A stretch of 62,346 nt of DNA, filler included, from Rhabdomonas costata (Eukaryota), in NCBI GenBank assembly GCA_019059605.1. It is 32 parts of 32 records of this genome, joined end to end, with 100 filler letters (N's around TTAATTAATTAA, not from the genome) between each part and the next. Parts side by side here need not be neighbours in the genome. Positions count along the whole stretch, not along the records: positions 48,794 to 50,643 come from JAHMHO010008216.1; positions 50,744 to 52,594 come from JAHMHO010008217.1; positions 52,695 to 54,545 come from JAHMHO010008218.1; positions 54,646 to 56,495 come from JAHMHO010008219.1; positions 56,596 to 58,446 come from JAHMHO010008220.1; positions 58,547 to 60,396 come from JAHMHO010008221.1; positions 60,497 to 62,346 come from JAHMHO010008222.1; 25 more parts are not named here. One strand, 5' to 3'. Within the stretch, counting starts at the first letter, position 1; each line of letters begins with the position of its first letter. The position numbers and the translations under genes were made by a program. Of the stretch, positions 48,819-60,584 are shown in pieces. The notes below the pieces were generated by a model that was given only the letters and a program-made list of their open reading frames with translations, was not told where the DNA came from and made no database searches.

Positions 48819-49292
48819 CACTGCCGTTACATTAGCCTTGTGCATGACAAGGTAAACGAGTGGCAGGGCTTGCTGGACAAGGTCGTGGGTGACTCTGCCT
48901 TTGCATTGTGGAACGTCCCTCGAAGCTGCGACCAGCCCGAGTACCGCGCCGTGAGCTGCGCTTTGTCGGTGGTTTCGGAATGGGCCTCGGCAAGCAACAC
49001 CGTCACGCCGATGATTTCGGGAACACCTATGTCGGAACTTTCTACGGGGCCACTGAACCCTCTGCTAGGACTCTCCACCCCGACCCCCCGACAGAATGTG
49101 GCCATTCTGCAACCCGGAGTGTGTCGTGTGGGCGTAGCGCGTTCCATGGTGAGATATGGGAAGGTGGGTAGCAGCGAGCTGAGCTGGTTTGTGGTTGTCG
49201 GGGAGGCCGTCATCGAGGCCCTTGCTCTGCAGAAGGTGGGCTGCCGGGCCATTGGGGTGTCTGTGCTGGTCACAGATGCTGTGAAAGCTCAG
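48819..49292 (+). CDS. Class III adenylate/guanylate cyclase domain exon
   Basis: GLLDKVVGDSAFALWN...RAVSCAL...VGVARSMVRYGKVGS...VVVGEAV...VLVTDAV follows the cyclase fold motifs and is bounded by CAG| and |GTTTGC. Confidence 0.85.
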
Positions 49293-52200
49293 GTTTGCCG
49301 TTATTCATCATTTCCGTGGTTTTCTGGGGTAGTGGCTGTGCCTCTACCGGTGTGTTGGTTAAAGAGCTATCCCTTTCCAGTCTGCCCACAGCCTGGGTGT
49401 TTTTTTACACGAAGGAATAGGGACCGCGGGGCAGTAAAAGCTGTCCAATGGGTACTCTAGCAGTCTGCGAGTAGAAGAAACACAACGGAGGGGAAGCGTG
49501 CGTCGATTTCTTCCAAAACAAAAGGTGGCCGCCCGCCTGCGATGTCGTCCAGGGCTGGTGCTGCGGCGGTCTTGTGCAGAGCAGGGCTTGCTGGTGGCCT
49601 GGGAACCCTGTCCCAGTGCAAATGCAGTGCCTGAGGTGTGGAGAATGGTGAGCAGACCTATATGTCGTATGTTTGTTAAGGTCACGCATCCGCACAGATT
49701 CACCCGTGCGCGGGCTAACTCTGAGAGGAGTGCATGGACGTGCTGCGGGCGGTGGCTCCTGACAACGGTGTCGGGGGACCCTCCGTTCGAGCACCCCTAG
49801 CTGCGCGCATCACAGGTTACGGGCTGGCTTATTGTCGTCAATGCTCGCGTTTCTTTGCGTCCGGTGTGCAAACGTTTACAAACCGATACACTTCCTGAGT
49901 CAAACAAACAACTACCTTTTGTTACTTTGCAGGGGCCAAGCTGTGTACCGAGCTCCTTCCCCCAGGAGTCTCAAGCTTCTCCGAAGGGGGCTTCACATGA
50001 CGAGGAGCAGACCTTTCTTTCCTATGCGGAGAGATGCCGCTCCGCAGCCGCCGGAGCCCCTATTCCCTCCTCATCCCCACAACACCCGCAGGCAAGCAGC
50101 AGCAGCAGCAGCAGTAGTGGTAGTAACGCGGAGACGTCGGCGCCACTGAGAGAGGTTGATCCGTGTAATGCCCCTGCGTCTGCTGCTCGCGCTGCCGATT
50201 TGCATCCGGAAAGCTTCGCCCGGCATAGGGGAAAAGAAGCTGTTCCTCCGCCAGGCACCGCTCTGGGTTGGCATGCCGTAATGGAAAAGTTTCCTGTCGG
50301 GCTGGACCTGTTCTTTGTCGAGTTTTGATTGGTGGCAGTGCAGTTTGGGCTATCCCCATTGCAGGTGCGGCTTCCCTGATATCTCATCCCGACCCCAGCG
50401 TCCGCCTTTGGTTGCAGGCCTGCATCTGGGAGGAAATTCCTTGATGCTCAGTGTCGGCAGTGTCTGTCAATGTTGACTTCGTGTCCTTTCTGTCGTTTTT
50501 CCTGTAGAGGAATGATTGACAAGACTCGGGGTGCCTTGGCGTCTGTAACCTAGGCCTCGGTTTGGAAATGGCTCATCCTGAAAACTGGCCGGACCATGTG
50601 CTGTGGTGGAGAGTGCTAGATGCATCATAAGATCCAGTTTTGANNNNNNNNNNNNNNNNNNNNNNNNNNNNNNNNNNNNNNNNNNNNTTAATTAATTAAN
50701 NNNNNNNNNNNNNNNNNNNNNNNNNNNNNNNNNNNNNNNNNNNGGGGTTGTTTACCTATGGGTCAAAAGGAGGCCCTGGGTATGGAATCCAAGAAAGGTA
50801 CATTATTAATAACTGGGTCCTGCGACCTTATGAGTTTCGTCCGGCGGTTATCCCAAGGTATGCAATGTAAGCGCACATTTTGCATTGCACGCTAAACTCG
50901 CTCAAAAGGAATCAGTCAGTAGATCTAATCTTCATTCTTTGTTCGCGCACATATTTCTGAAAGAAGAATATCTGGTTGGCGCATGAGATGAGAGGGAAGA
51001 TTTCACCTGGGGTCCTCTGAGGCGAGAAGGCGGCATCACGAATATGCAGTCACGATGTCTCAACCAACAGGGGCGCCAGCAGCAACATTTACCAACAGCA
51101 TAAAAAAGCAAGCTATCACTTTGGCAAATGCCATTCTTCCATTAAATGCGCAGGGTCAAATCTGATATTTTATCGACTGCGTGCTGATCGAGATGGTCAG
51201 GGCAAACTAGCGCACGGTTGGTTCTGGAAAACAACTCACCGCGCGGAGCATGCACTCCCTGCACCACGCTCACTCTGGAGAAGATGCACGGCTAAACCTG
51301 AACTTGCAAACCGCAATTCCCGGTGATCGAAGCAGCACAGACGGCTCCTCAGAGGGAGGAAGACTCAGGGCCTGCTTCAGAACGATTACCGTGGAGTCCC
51401 TGTGGAAATGGTAAACCTCCGTCCTGTTCCCTCACCCACAGAGACCTCTGTGTGCAGTATGACACACACATGCACGCACGCACGCACTTGACCAACAGGC
51501 GCCGAGGCGCCTTCAAGTTTATAGGGTGGTAGCATTCGGAGTCAGCCTTCACTCACACTGGATGGGACACGTTCAATGGAGATAGGCATCGACCCGCACT
51601 CTGCTGAGGTGAGAAGAAAGGGGTCACGGCACGCACGATACCACTGGGATAACAGCAGCACGGAGAGTCCGGGGTGCCGGCTCCTGGAGGCGGAGAGGTA
51701 CTGCAGAGTGGCGCGAAGCTTTGAGCCGGACAACGCCCGGCCAGGCTGTTGCCGGAGCTGCGCCCAGCACTTTTGAAACTCCGCCCGGAGAAGCATCCCT
51801 GGACGGTGCGAGGCCTCAGGGACACCAGTGGGTGCAGTGTTTCGGAGCAGAGGATAAAGTACTCTTGTACCGTCCTGTGAACAGTGAGCGCTTTCCCAGA
51901 CAAAAATCAAAACGCCAGTAACACGGAGGGCTCTGAAAAATGCAGAGCATACCAACGAAACTCCTGATAGCGTTGCTGCGCGCACACACACGCACACACA
52001 CACACGCACACGCACACCCACACGCACACTTGCTTGCAACAGTGGCGGTGCAGAATCATTTTTATACAAATACAACAACAAGAAGACAGATAAACAAATC
52101 AAGAGGTTGCAACATTCATGCCAGTGGTTTGATGTCTTGCTCTGGCGCCTTGAGCCAAAAATAACAACAAAAGCAGTCGTCAGGGATGAAAAAAAACCGG

Positions 52201-52435
52201 GGCACCAACTCAAACGGCAAATGAAGACAGATAACAATAAGTTTGCTGCGCAAACTTTCGTTTCGCACATGAAAGACACAAAACTCTTCACGTGACCAGT
52301 GACCAGTCCGGAACACAGGGAATGAGAGATATAAATGTGTGACTGTGGTGGAAAAGGAGAGGAACGTGCGAAACTTCAGATAATAATATCTTTAGTTTTC
52401 TAGCTACTGCCCAAATGCAGAATATGATGACAAAC

Positions 52436-52538
52436 CTGGCTCGTTGGAGAGCGACAGACAGGGCACAGCGGAGCACCGCTAGGATGCTGGACAGGGAAGT
52501 ATCGCTGAACGCATGGGTAGCAGTACACGTGCCCGCAC
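52436..52538 (-). CDS. C3HC4 RING finger exon
   Basis: TAG|...CGHVYCYPCVQRYFPVQHPSGAPLCPVCRSPTSQ|GTTTGT. Confidence 0.88.
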
Positions 52539-53486
52539 CTATAATTTGAAAATGAAGTTTTTTGGCGCGGCGTCAGAGAAAGGCAAACCAAACCNNNNNN
52601 NNNNNNNNNNNNNNNNNNNNNNNNNNNNNNNNNNNNNNTTAATTAATTAANNNNNNNNNNNNNNNNNNNNNNNNNNNNNNNNNNNNNNNNNNNNTTGTGG
52701 GGGTGTACCTATCCTTAGAAAGGATTTAAAGACTCAGGGGTGCACTGTGGAACTTTGCATGCCTGGTGAGCTCTGAGCTCTGAGCTCTCCGCCAGGACAG
52801 CTAGATTATCAGCTGGACATGCTTTGCATATATATGAGCAGAACTCAGAAAGAGCCACATCGGGGTCTTTCAGCCCGTGATGGATTCCGACAAGAGAAGT
52901 AATTGAACGCTGATACAGCTACAATGGAAGTTTTACAATGGTACGTGTTTCTGGAATTTTTTTTTGGAGCCTTCCGATCAATTCCTGAGACAGCGTAAAA
53001 CCTCACAACTTCTCCACGACAAGGAATGATAAAAGGGGACGCCAGTGGAACAAAGACAGTGCCAGGGGAGGGAGGAGGGCCACCTCTGCGGTCATCCCCG
53101 CCTCGTTGAGGAGGCTGCACACTGGTAAGAGCTGCTGCACGCATTCCTTCCAGTAGCTGCACTGCGGGCAGGCCGAGCGGTCCTTCAGTTCCTTTTCCAG
53201 GGCCTTCGAGCTCTGTTCGATAGTAAAGGGAAAAAGTGCAAGGGCACGAGATGAGGGCTAAGCCAATCACTCCACTCCACATCACTACACAACGTTCCCG
53301 ATTGTAAAGACCTGCTAGCCTGGGGAGAGGGGGGGGATCCCGCTTCAAAGCCATGAGAATTCCAGTTCGAGTACAACGCAAATTCAAGGACCAATATATG
53401 AGGCCTCCTGCGGGACTGGCAGCTGAGCAAATATCCATAACGGTGCTCCACGTTGCACACTCCGATGTCCACTTATACACAACCAC

Positions 53487-54533
53487 CTGGCCGGCCTGGT
53501 GCCATGCAAACCACCGCTTAATGGCGTTCTTGGTGGAGCGCTGGCTCATCGAGCGAGTGGTCCGGCGGTGCGCGGCCTCCAGGACAAGGCTGTAAACCGT
53601 CACCCCGACCAGGCCGCCACGCAGAAAGTACTCCCCGCAGTGCTGACACTCCACGGGTAGGTCTCCAAGCCACCTGCAGAGTGTATGGGGTAGAATTCGA
53701 TGGTGTACCAGCGCGCGTGAGCACGCGCCTGTTTGTAACGTCTTGCGCTGAATGGAGTTTGTAAACCTGATTAACCTGACCCAAACTGGGAAGTGGTCTT
53801 GAATCCCGGCTTACGGGGCCCACTGCATCTTGTTGTAGGATACTGATACCCTGGTCGAGCATGACGGCAGTGCTACCGATTTCAGGGAGGCGAAGCCAAT
53901 CTGCGCTCGTGTTTCACCAGGGTGCCTTTTCCCCCCATGGAAACTGAAAGAAAGAAAGAAAGCCAGAGCAAAGAAACAAGGTGACCAATGCGAAACGAAT
54001 ACAACTGCAACCCACCTACACCGATACCCCCATAATCGAACGTATGGTTCCTGATCGTCATGACCGTCGTATCGTCCATAACCACAGGCTCCCTTTCTGG
54101 GGTCCACCCCAGGAACACTGTTGACAGTATTTCTCACCGTTACGGTTGCTCTGCACAACTGAAGGGAACAAGCTAAATTGGGGCTCACCTGATGCTCCAA
54201 GCGTTTGCCGCAGGGTCGGGCTCACTCGCATGTCACAGCCACAGCCGCGACTGAACATCTTGCTTGTATGGTGGGATGAGGGGGAGCGGGAAGGCACCGA
54301 TCGCACCCATCAGCCTGTTGTGAAGTGACCACCCACATTCTATTCATTGTGAACCAAAAATCATCCGCGCTCGTCTGTCCATACGCACGCACGGACGCAT
54401 AGCGTGCCACGAGCAAGGCGCACGCGCACCCTTCAATGGACTTCAGGGCGGCCTCGGAGAGCAGGAGCTCCCCAGGCTCTGCCAGCCCTTGAAGCTCGTG
54501 CGCCGTGTCCGCGGTCACCCCAAAGTACTCCAC
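53487..54533 (-). CDS. Class III cyclase C-terminal part, 2 exons
   Basis: Exon ~54533-54430 (EYFGVTADTAHELQGLAEPGELLLSEAALKSIEG) joins in phase 2 to exon 53673-53487 (WLGDLPVECQHCGEYFLRGGLVGVTVYSLV...). Confidence 0.75.
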
Positions 54534-54645
54534 CCCACCCCCACCNNNNNNNNNNNNNNNNNNNNNNNNNNNNNNNNNNNNNNNNNNNNTTAATTAATTA
54601 ANNNNNNNNNNNNNNNNNNNNNNNNNNNNNNNNNNNNNNNNNNNN

Positions 54646-56022
54646 TGTTGTGGTGTCCCCATTGGGCTGGTTTGGAACGCCGAGGTGCTGGGCCGCACCA
54701 TCACCGAGCCCCAGCCGCTGTTGCTTCACTCCTACGGCTCCGGGGCAGAGCTGAGGAAGTTCAAGTTCTCCGAGTACAGAATCAGCCTTCTGGACAGGTC
54801 CGTGGCGTTTCGGCCAACGCCCTCCACGCCTAAACGCCTTTTTCTGATCAAGGTTCGCTTCAGGTTGACAAAGGTGAAGACACAGGTTGGCACAAGAGGC
54901 CAAACAAGGTGCAAGATCGTATGGCCCTGGATATGGCAAAAGCAAGAAGCAGCAGCTTGTGGTTCCCGCACATCTGGAAAATGTCGGCATATCCCTCAAA
55001 ATAAAGGTACCTGAACACAGAAGCTTCCAATGCTTAATGCATAAGAAACAACTGGGCAAATATGGATCACAAAGTTAGTCTTTTTTTTACTATCCCTAAA
55101 CCTCCTCTAAGTTCAAAATTAATGGACTAAGGGTATACTTTTTGTCGATATTTCGATCTCACTCGATCATTTGAGCCTCACTGCGCTCGTTTTAGGCGGT
55201 TTGAGGCGTTCGGAGTTCGCTATCAGTCTATCAGTCTATCAGTGAAACGAAGTGCCGAGAAAATCCGACTGCTTTTGGTTGAATCTGTTGTGTCTGTCTT
55301 CTCAAATGGACGAAACCATTGCACAATGAAACCACCAAATCCCGTATTCGTTGTGTAGGGGACGATTCAATTACTGACATGAAGGAACTCCGTTGTCTTA
55401 TCAACAACCTCTGGGTAAGTTGGTTCGTTTGTCTATTTGCACTGGGCTCGCAGAGGGTTTATCTACGCGGTAGCTCAGCCCCGCGGGACTGCGGTGAACG
55501 GCTGGCAGTGGTATCTCAACGGCAAGCTGCTGCACAAGAAGAACACCTTCCTGGACATTGTCGCCTCCGCCAAACACTTGATCAAGATAGGTTTTCGGGG
55601 GGAGGGGGAGGGGGCAAACGTAGCGATGTTTTGCTTTGGATATAATTTGAACGTGGAATTGAGAGGAGTGGAGATGGGAGGGGACTTGAAAGGGAGTAGA
55701 TTACTGAACCTGAACAAAGCTGTCAGGTCGCCAGAGCATTGGCAGTGGGTGAATTCCATTTGAGTGGGATAGATTCTTTCAAAAAAAAATGGCTTTCATT
55801 TCAAACAAAGCACACACCCCCAAGCACGTTCCGAGGTTAATGGTTGACTGTCCGGACCAATGTTTTCGCTCCTCGCGGAATTGCTGCAGGGTATACCACC
55901 CCAAGCCTGCTTGCCTTCCACGGGCGCAGCGCGGGGGGGCTGATTGCGGGAGTGATGGCCAACTTGGAGGAAAGCCTGTTCTCGGTGATTCTCACGGACG
56001 TGCCCTTCGTCGATGTCATCGG
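54646..56022 (+). CDS. Oligopeptidase B / prolyl oligopeptidase (S9A), 3 exons
   Basis: Exons ~54646-54797 (PLLLHSYGS...RISLLDR), 55454-55590 (GFIYAVAQPRG...WYLNGKLLHKKNTFLD) and 55890-56022 (GRSAGGL nucleophile motif, VPFVDV). All joins are in frame. Confidence 0.92.
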
Positions 56023-56640
56023 GTATGGCGACTGAAAATCCGTCAGCCCTACTGTTGGCCTGTATGTAACACGATGAAATGCGGATGGTGGTTGGTCAGC
56101 GCAGGGAAAGCAAATGAAGTCGTGGCAGGTTTGGGTCATTTTCTGCACAAAAGGCCGCTGGGACCGGTCCTTTTTTCCCGTGACCGCTGCATGTTGCGGC
56201 TTTTTATATTGTTCTGCTTCTTTCTCCACCGCAACGTTGGGTTTCTCGAGGTGTCCAAATTGAATTGTTCACCAGCTGATGGGCCTCGCACGTCAATTCA
56301 GGCAGGCCCACTGCCTCCACGCGCACGCGGACCATCGGGCATTCAAGCACAGCATACTCCTGCTACGTGGGTCTAATATTTTGTACAGTGTATTATGGCA
56401 GTGTCGCTGTTTCAGGTTTGAATTCACTCCGATTCTAGGATTACAGATGAAGGAGTATTGGGATTCAGAGCCTCCCTTGTTACACGCTCTCCTCGNNNNN
56501 NNNNNNNNNNNNNNNNNNNNNNNNNNNNNNNNNNNNNNNTTAATTAATTAANNNNNNNNNNNNNNNNNNNNNNNNNNNNNNNNNNNNNNNNNNNNCGCGC
56601 GCGCGCGCGCGCACACACACACACACACATACGCACACAG

Positions 56641-56764
56641 TCGAACGGAGAAGTACGCCAAGGATGCGGAGACGCCGTGGACGATGGAGAAGAATGTCCA
56701 GCTGGACAGCAGCACAGAGGTGACCGGCCTTGTCTGCATCACTGTCGACGACACTCTGGACACG
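56641..56764 (+). CDS. Probable exon of an unknown protein
   Basis: CAG|RTEKYAKDAETPWTMEKNVQLDSSTEVTGLVCITVDDTLDT|GTGACA has coding-like composition. Confidence 0.35.
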
Positions 56765-57890
56765 GTGACAGCCTGTGCATTGTTGGTTGGGGAAGTTTAG
56801 GAGGGTTGCCTGCTGCACTGGGGGCACGTTACCTTTCCGAAATTGCACGTGCCGCGAACCGCCAGGATCCCATTTTACAATTGAAAATATGCCATGACGA
56901 AACCAAGTAGATGAACATTTGTGACTGCAGGATCAACCAGAGAAAATATGCCATGCAAAATTTCCTGAAAAGGGAGTTACAGGAAGTCAGTTTTTGTTTA
57001 AAAACGGTGAAAAAACCGTAATAATGTCAATAAATCTTCGGGGTTCTTCGCGCTTTCTGGAGGCACTTAATAAAACCAGGAAATTTTTGGTTCCAGAATG
57101 CTGCGAACCCGCTGGCTTCGAAAAAAAACGTCAGATATATTTGAAAACTTGCAAGATGCGATATTACGGCATGATACGAAGATAAACGCCACCGTAATCA
57201 TATCACACCGGACTTTGAAGGGGTTAGAGACACAATAAGGGCGCTGCGCCCGGCGCGCAGCACTGAGGGGTCCCGAAACGAACCGAAGGGGTTCACTGTG
57301 TTCATTTTCGGTTGTTTTTTCGAGGTGAATTGATGTCTACTCGTCTCTTGCCCCCTCCCACCCCGGAATGAACCGCAATCTAACGAACCACAAGCGGCGC
57401 GGCCGCGCCGGTGGTGTTCATTAGATTGTGAAAGGCGACCTTTACCTTTTGATCGGCCTTTAAGCGCTCAAAAAGGCCATTTTAATGGCAAAATAAGGCA
57501 AGAAAGCCGAGTAAAAGACCTCAAAAACCGGCTCAGATCGGCGAAGAACGCGTTTTTCTGCCCCACCCCCACCCCTTTTTTTCTGCCTGAAAACGGTCGT
57601 GACGACCGTCCAAAGCTCCAAAGCGACACCATTGCCAATGTCAACTCCAAGTCCACTCCGTGTTATGGTAAAAATAAACTTGACTTTAATCGTTTTCCCG
57701 AATTTTCGCTAAATCCTTTTGGGGGGGGTCCCAAGTTCTGAAATTCATGAGGGGGGTACGTGGTTCGAAAATTTGTAATCGTCGAACTTTTGCCCGGGAC
57801 TTTTTCCATTTTATAGACCAGGTATATTGAAGGCCCTACGGAGTCTTGAAACGTTGACGACTACGTGCAAAAGCGCAGGTCGCATTGTCC

Positions 57891-57902
57891 ACAGACAGAC
57901 GC

Positions 57903-57936
<34 letters not shown>
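57891..57936. repeat. (AGAC)n microsatellite
   Basis: Directly visible, with an interruption. Confidence 0.9.
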
Positions 57937-57937
<1 letters not shown>

Positions 57938-58880
57938 CACAGAAACTCTTGTAAACTAAACCCAACACTTACTGCATTCGTAGCTCACTTCGTTTCGTTT
58001 CGGAAACAAAAGACATTAAGAATGCAAGTAAAAATTTTGGAGCCGAAAATTGTAAGTCCTAATTTTGCCCGAGGCTACTTTTGCGGTGACTGTGTATTTA
58101 CAATGTTATATTCACAATTCAACCCGCAAAAGGAGCTGACATGGAGACTACTTCTGGGTAATTTTGTCTTGTTGTGACAACTGTGTGGAATAGCCCTCCG
58201 TTTTTGTGTCATCTCAGAAGTTAGAAGTGGGGGTGGGCACACAACACAACGAACAGGCCGCAGGCCGAAAAGAGGCAAAAACACCTCCAGGTCAGTACCA
58301 TCTCCGCAAAAAAAAACCTCTTTCACAACAAAAGCGCATCAAACATATCGCACCATATCCCACCCTACTCATACCTCCAAACCCCCCCCCTCCTGTCCCC
58401 TGCTTAAAAAAACCAACCCCACAAACCCCCCAACCACACCCACCACNNNNNNNNNNNNNNNNNNNNNNNNNNNNNNNNNNNNNNNNNNNNTTAATTAATT
58501 AANNNNNNNNNNNNNNNNNNNNNNNNNNNNNNNNNNNNNNNNNNNNGTTTTTGTTGGTCCTTAGGTCCCTCTTGGGGGAGTAGGGAGAAGCTCAAGGGAA
58601 AATACACGTGACATGTATGGATGCAGCACGGATGCAGCGTTCCAGCAGAGCTCATAAAATTCACATATCATACATCCGAACCAATAAAACAGCACAACTG
58701 ATATAAGCGGATTTTCACCGAAATTAAGATCAATATAGCATAAAACAATGTCGAAAAGAGCAGAAGCAAAACATGGTGAAAAATAGCTCTCTTTGATGCC
58801 ACGCGGTCAAACAGCGTGCGCGAAAATGAGGCGCCAATCTCCTCTGTCCTCCCTCCAACCCATCTTAACCTCAGCTCACG

Positions 58881-59890
58881 GGGCCCAAGCTTTGTGGGTA
58901 GCATCGCTCTTCCAAGACAACGGCCACCGCATGGGCAACTTCGGGGTCCTTCAGGGCACCCTGTTCACGGTTCCCAACAAGGACAGTGGACGGGGGAGGG
59001 GGACGAGGAAACGGGGAAACGGGAAAGCCGGTGTGTGCTGGCCTTCCGTCCAAAATGCCATCATGCAAGAATGAAAGCGGGAAAGTGATAAGTCACACCA
59101 CTGCTCCCAGGACGTCAATGCACAGCTCAAGGTGCACGGGAAGCTCCACCTCCTCCTCAGTGGCATAGCACCTGCATAGAACGGTACCGCTGTCCATTGT
59201 CCATCCCTTCCCTTCCCATCCTGCCTGGGGGGCACATTAACTCCTTTCCAGAACCACACCCTTAAGATGATACTGAACCGAAACCAAAAACATGGACGCA
59301 GCATCCGCCGCGCTCGCTTTCACTGGTGTGAATCCCCAAAAGTCTCCATCCCTTCTGAGCCCGCATACGGCTGCGTGGCAAGCTCCGACAAGGCTTCGGG
59401 TGGTCCTCCAAGCTCCACACGAGCGGCAAGGCCTCCATGCAAGGGCTCCAGGTCCCCTTCAGGATACAGCGCATCCAGAAAGCCGTACCTCGGGCTCTCA
59501 GCCTGTTTGAGCCACGGGTGAAATCAGGTGCACAGCGAAACCAAAGTTACACCGCAAGAAATGTCAGGAAAACGTCGCCAGACATACGCTCACCACCACC
59601 AATCATCAGACAGCATCAAGCAAAATATGGGTCAAAAGTGGTGAACATGGAGGAAACCCGAGGAAACCTATATTGCACGCATGTCCTCTGTCCCGATTGC
59701 TTTCTCATTTTCAAATTAAACTGAGCTAAAAAGGCGCATGTGGCGCACTCTGAGGTGGTGGTGCAGCTCGGGGTGCAGGGCACGGCAGCGACTCAGCCCG
59801 CGGAGGTCCTGCAGGTAGCGCCTGAGGAAGGCTGCGGCGGTGAGCGCCGCGGGTCGCGCGCCCACCCTGGGTCCAGAGCCGTTGATGACC
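58881..59890 (-). CDS. Multi-exon gene of unknown function
   Basis: Four GC-rich segments preceded by CAG acceptors on the minus strand (...AAAFLRRYLQDLRG..., AESPRYGFLDALYPEG..., CYATEEEVELPVHLELCIDVLG, GALKDPEVAHAVAVVLEE). No family recognised and boundaries are approximate. Confidence 0.4.
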
Positions 59891-60292
59891 TGTACGGAGA
59901 CAAGCTCCAGGCAGGTCAAGGACCCATCTGAGGGCTGCTGGGTCTCGAGATGTGCTGTGAAGTCACACAAAGATCATGTTCACGGGTCAACCACATCAAA
60001 AACAGGGCTTTCAATTTTATGTTCCTTTTTTTCTCCCAAAACCTCAAGAAGACTGGGTGCATTATGACACCCGAATTTTTTCAACTCCACCTCTCACACT
60101 TCTAAAGGAAAGACAAACTTAGGATGCACCAAAAATCAAATTCTACAACGTGATCTCGTTCTCGACCCGATCATTCCACCGTTTCTTTGCAACACCAAAC
60201 TATTGCTTCTGGCGTCAGAAGAGTTAATTTGGACGATAACACCCAAACAACGGATGCAAGTGATGGAAACAATGGGGTTGTTAGGTGGACAA

Positions 60293-60393
60293 TTTGGGGT
60301 TCGTGTGTGGGGAACCCGCACCATGGCTGCTGTTGGGGTAAAACGAGAGAGAAAAGGAGCCATGGTGCGGGTTCCCCACACACGGACCCCAAA
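60293..60393. repeat. 36-bp inverted repeat (one mismatch) with a 29-nt loop
   Basis: 60293-60328 pairs with 60358-60393. The single mismatch would form a G-U pair in the + strand hairpin. Confidence 0.95.
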
Positions 60394-60584
60394 ACCNNNN
60401 NNNNNNNNNNNNNNNNNNNNNNNNNNNNNNNNNNNNNNNNTTAATTAATTAANNNNNNNNNNNNNNNNNNNNNNNNNNNNNNNNNNNNNNNNNNNNGGTT
60501 GTGGTTTTTAAGCAGTGCAGCACAAGAATGCTTTGCTGTGCTTAGAGAGGAGGGAGGGAAGGGTCTGCACCTGTGTGCGCGGAG

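Noticed and set aside
1853..60496. Regularly spaced TTAATTAATTAA as a biological repeat array, and gene neighbourhoods across contigs
   Set aside because: It is an assembly linker flanked by Ns. Adjacent contigs are unrelated, so no operon or cluster can be inferred.
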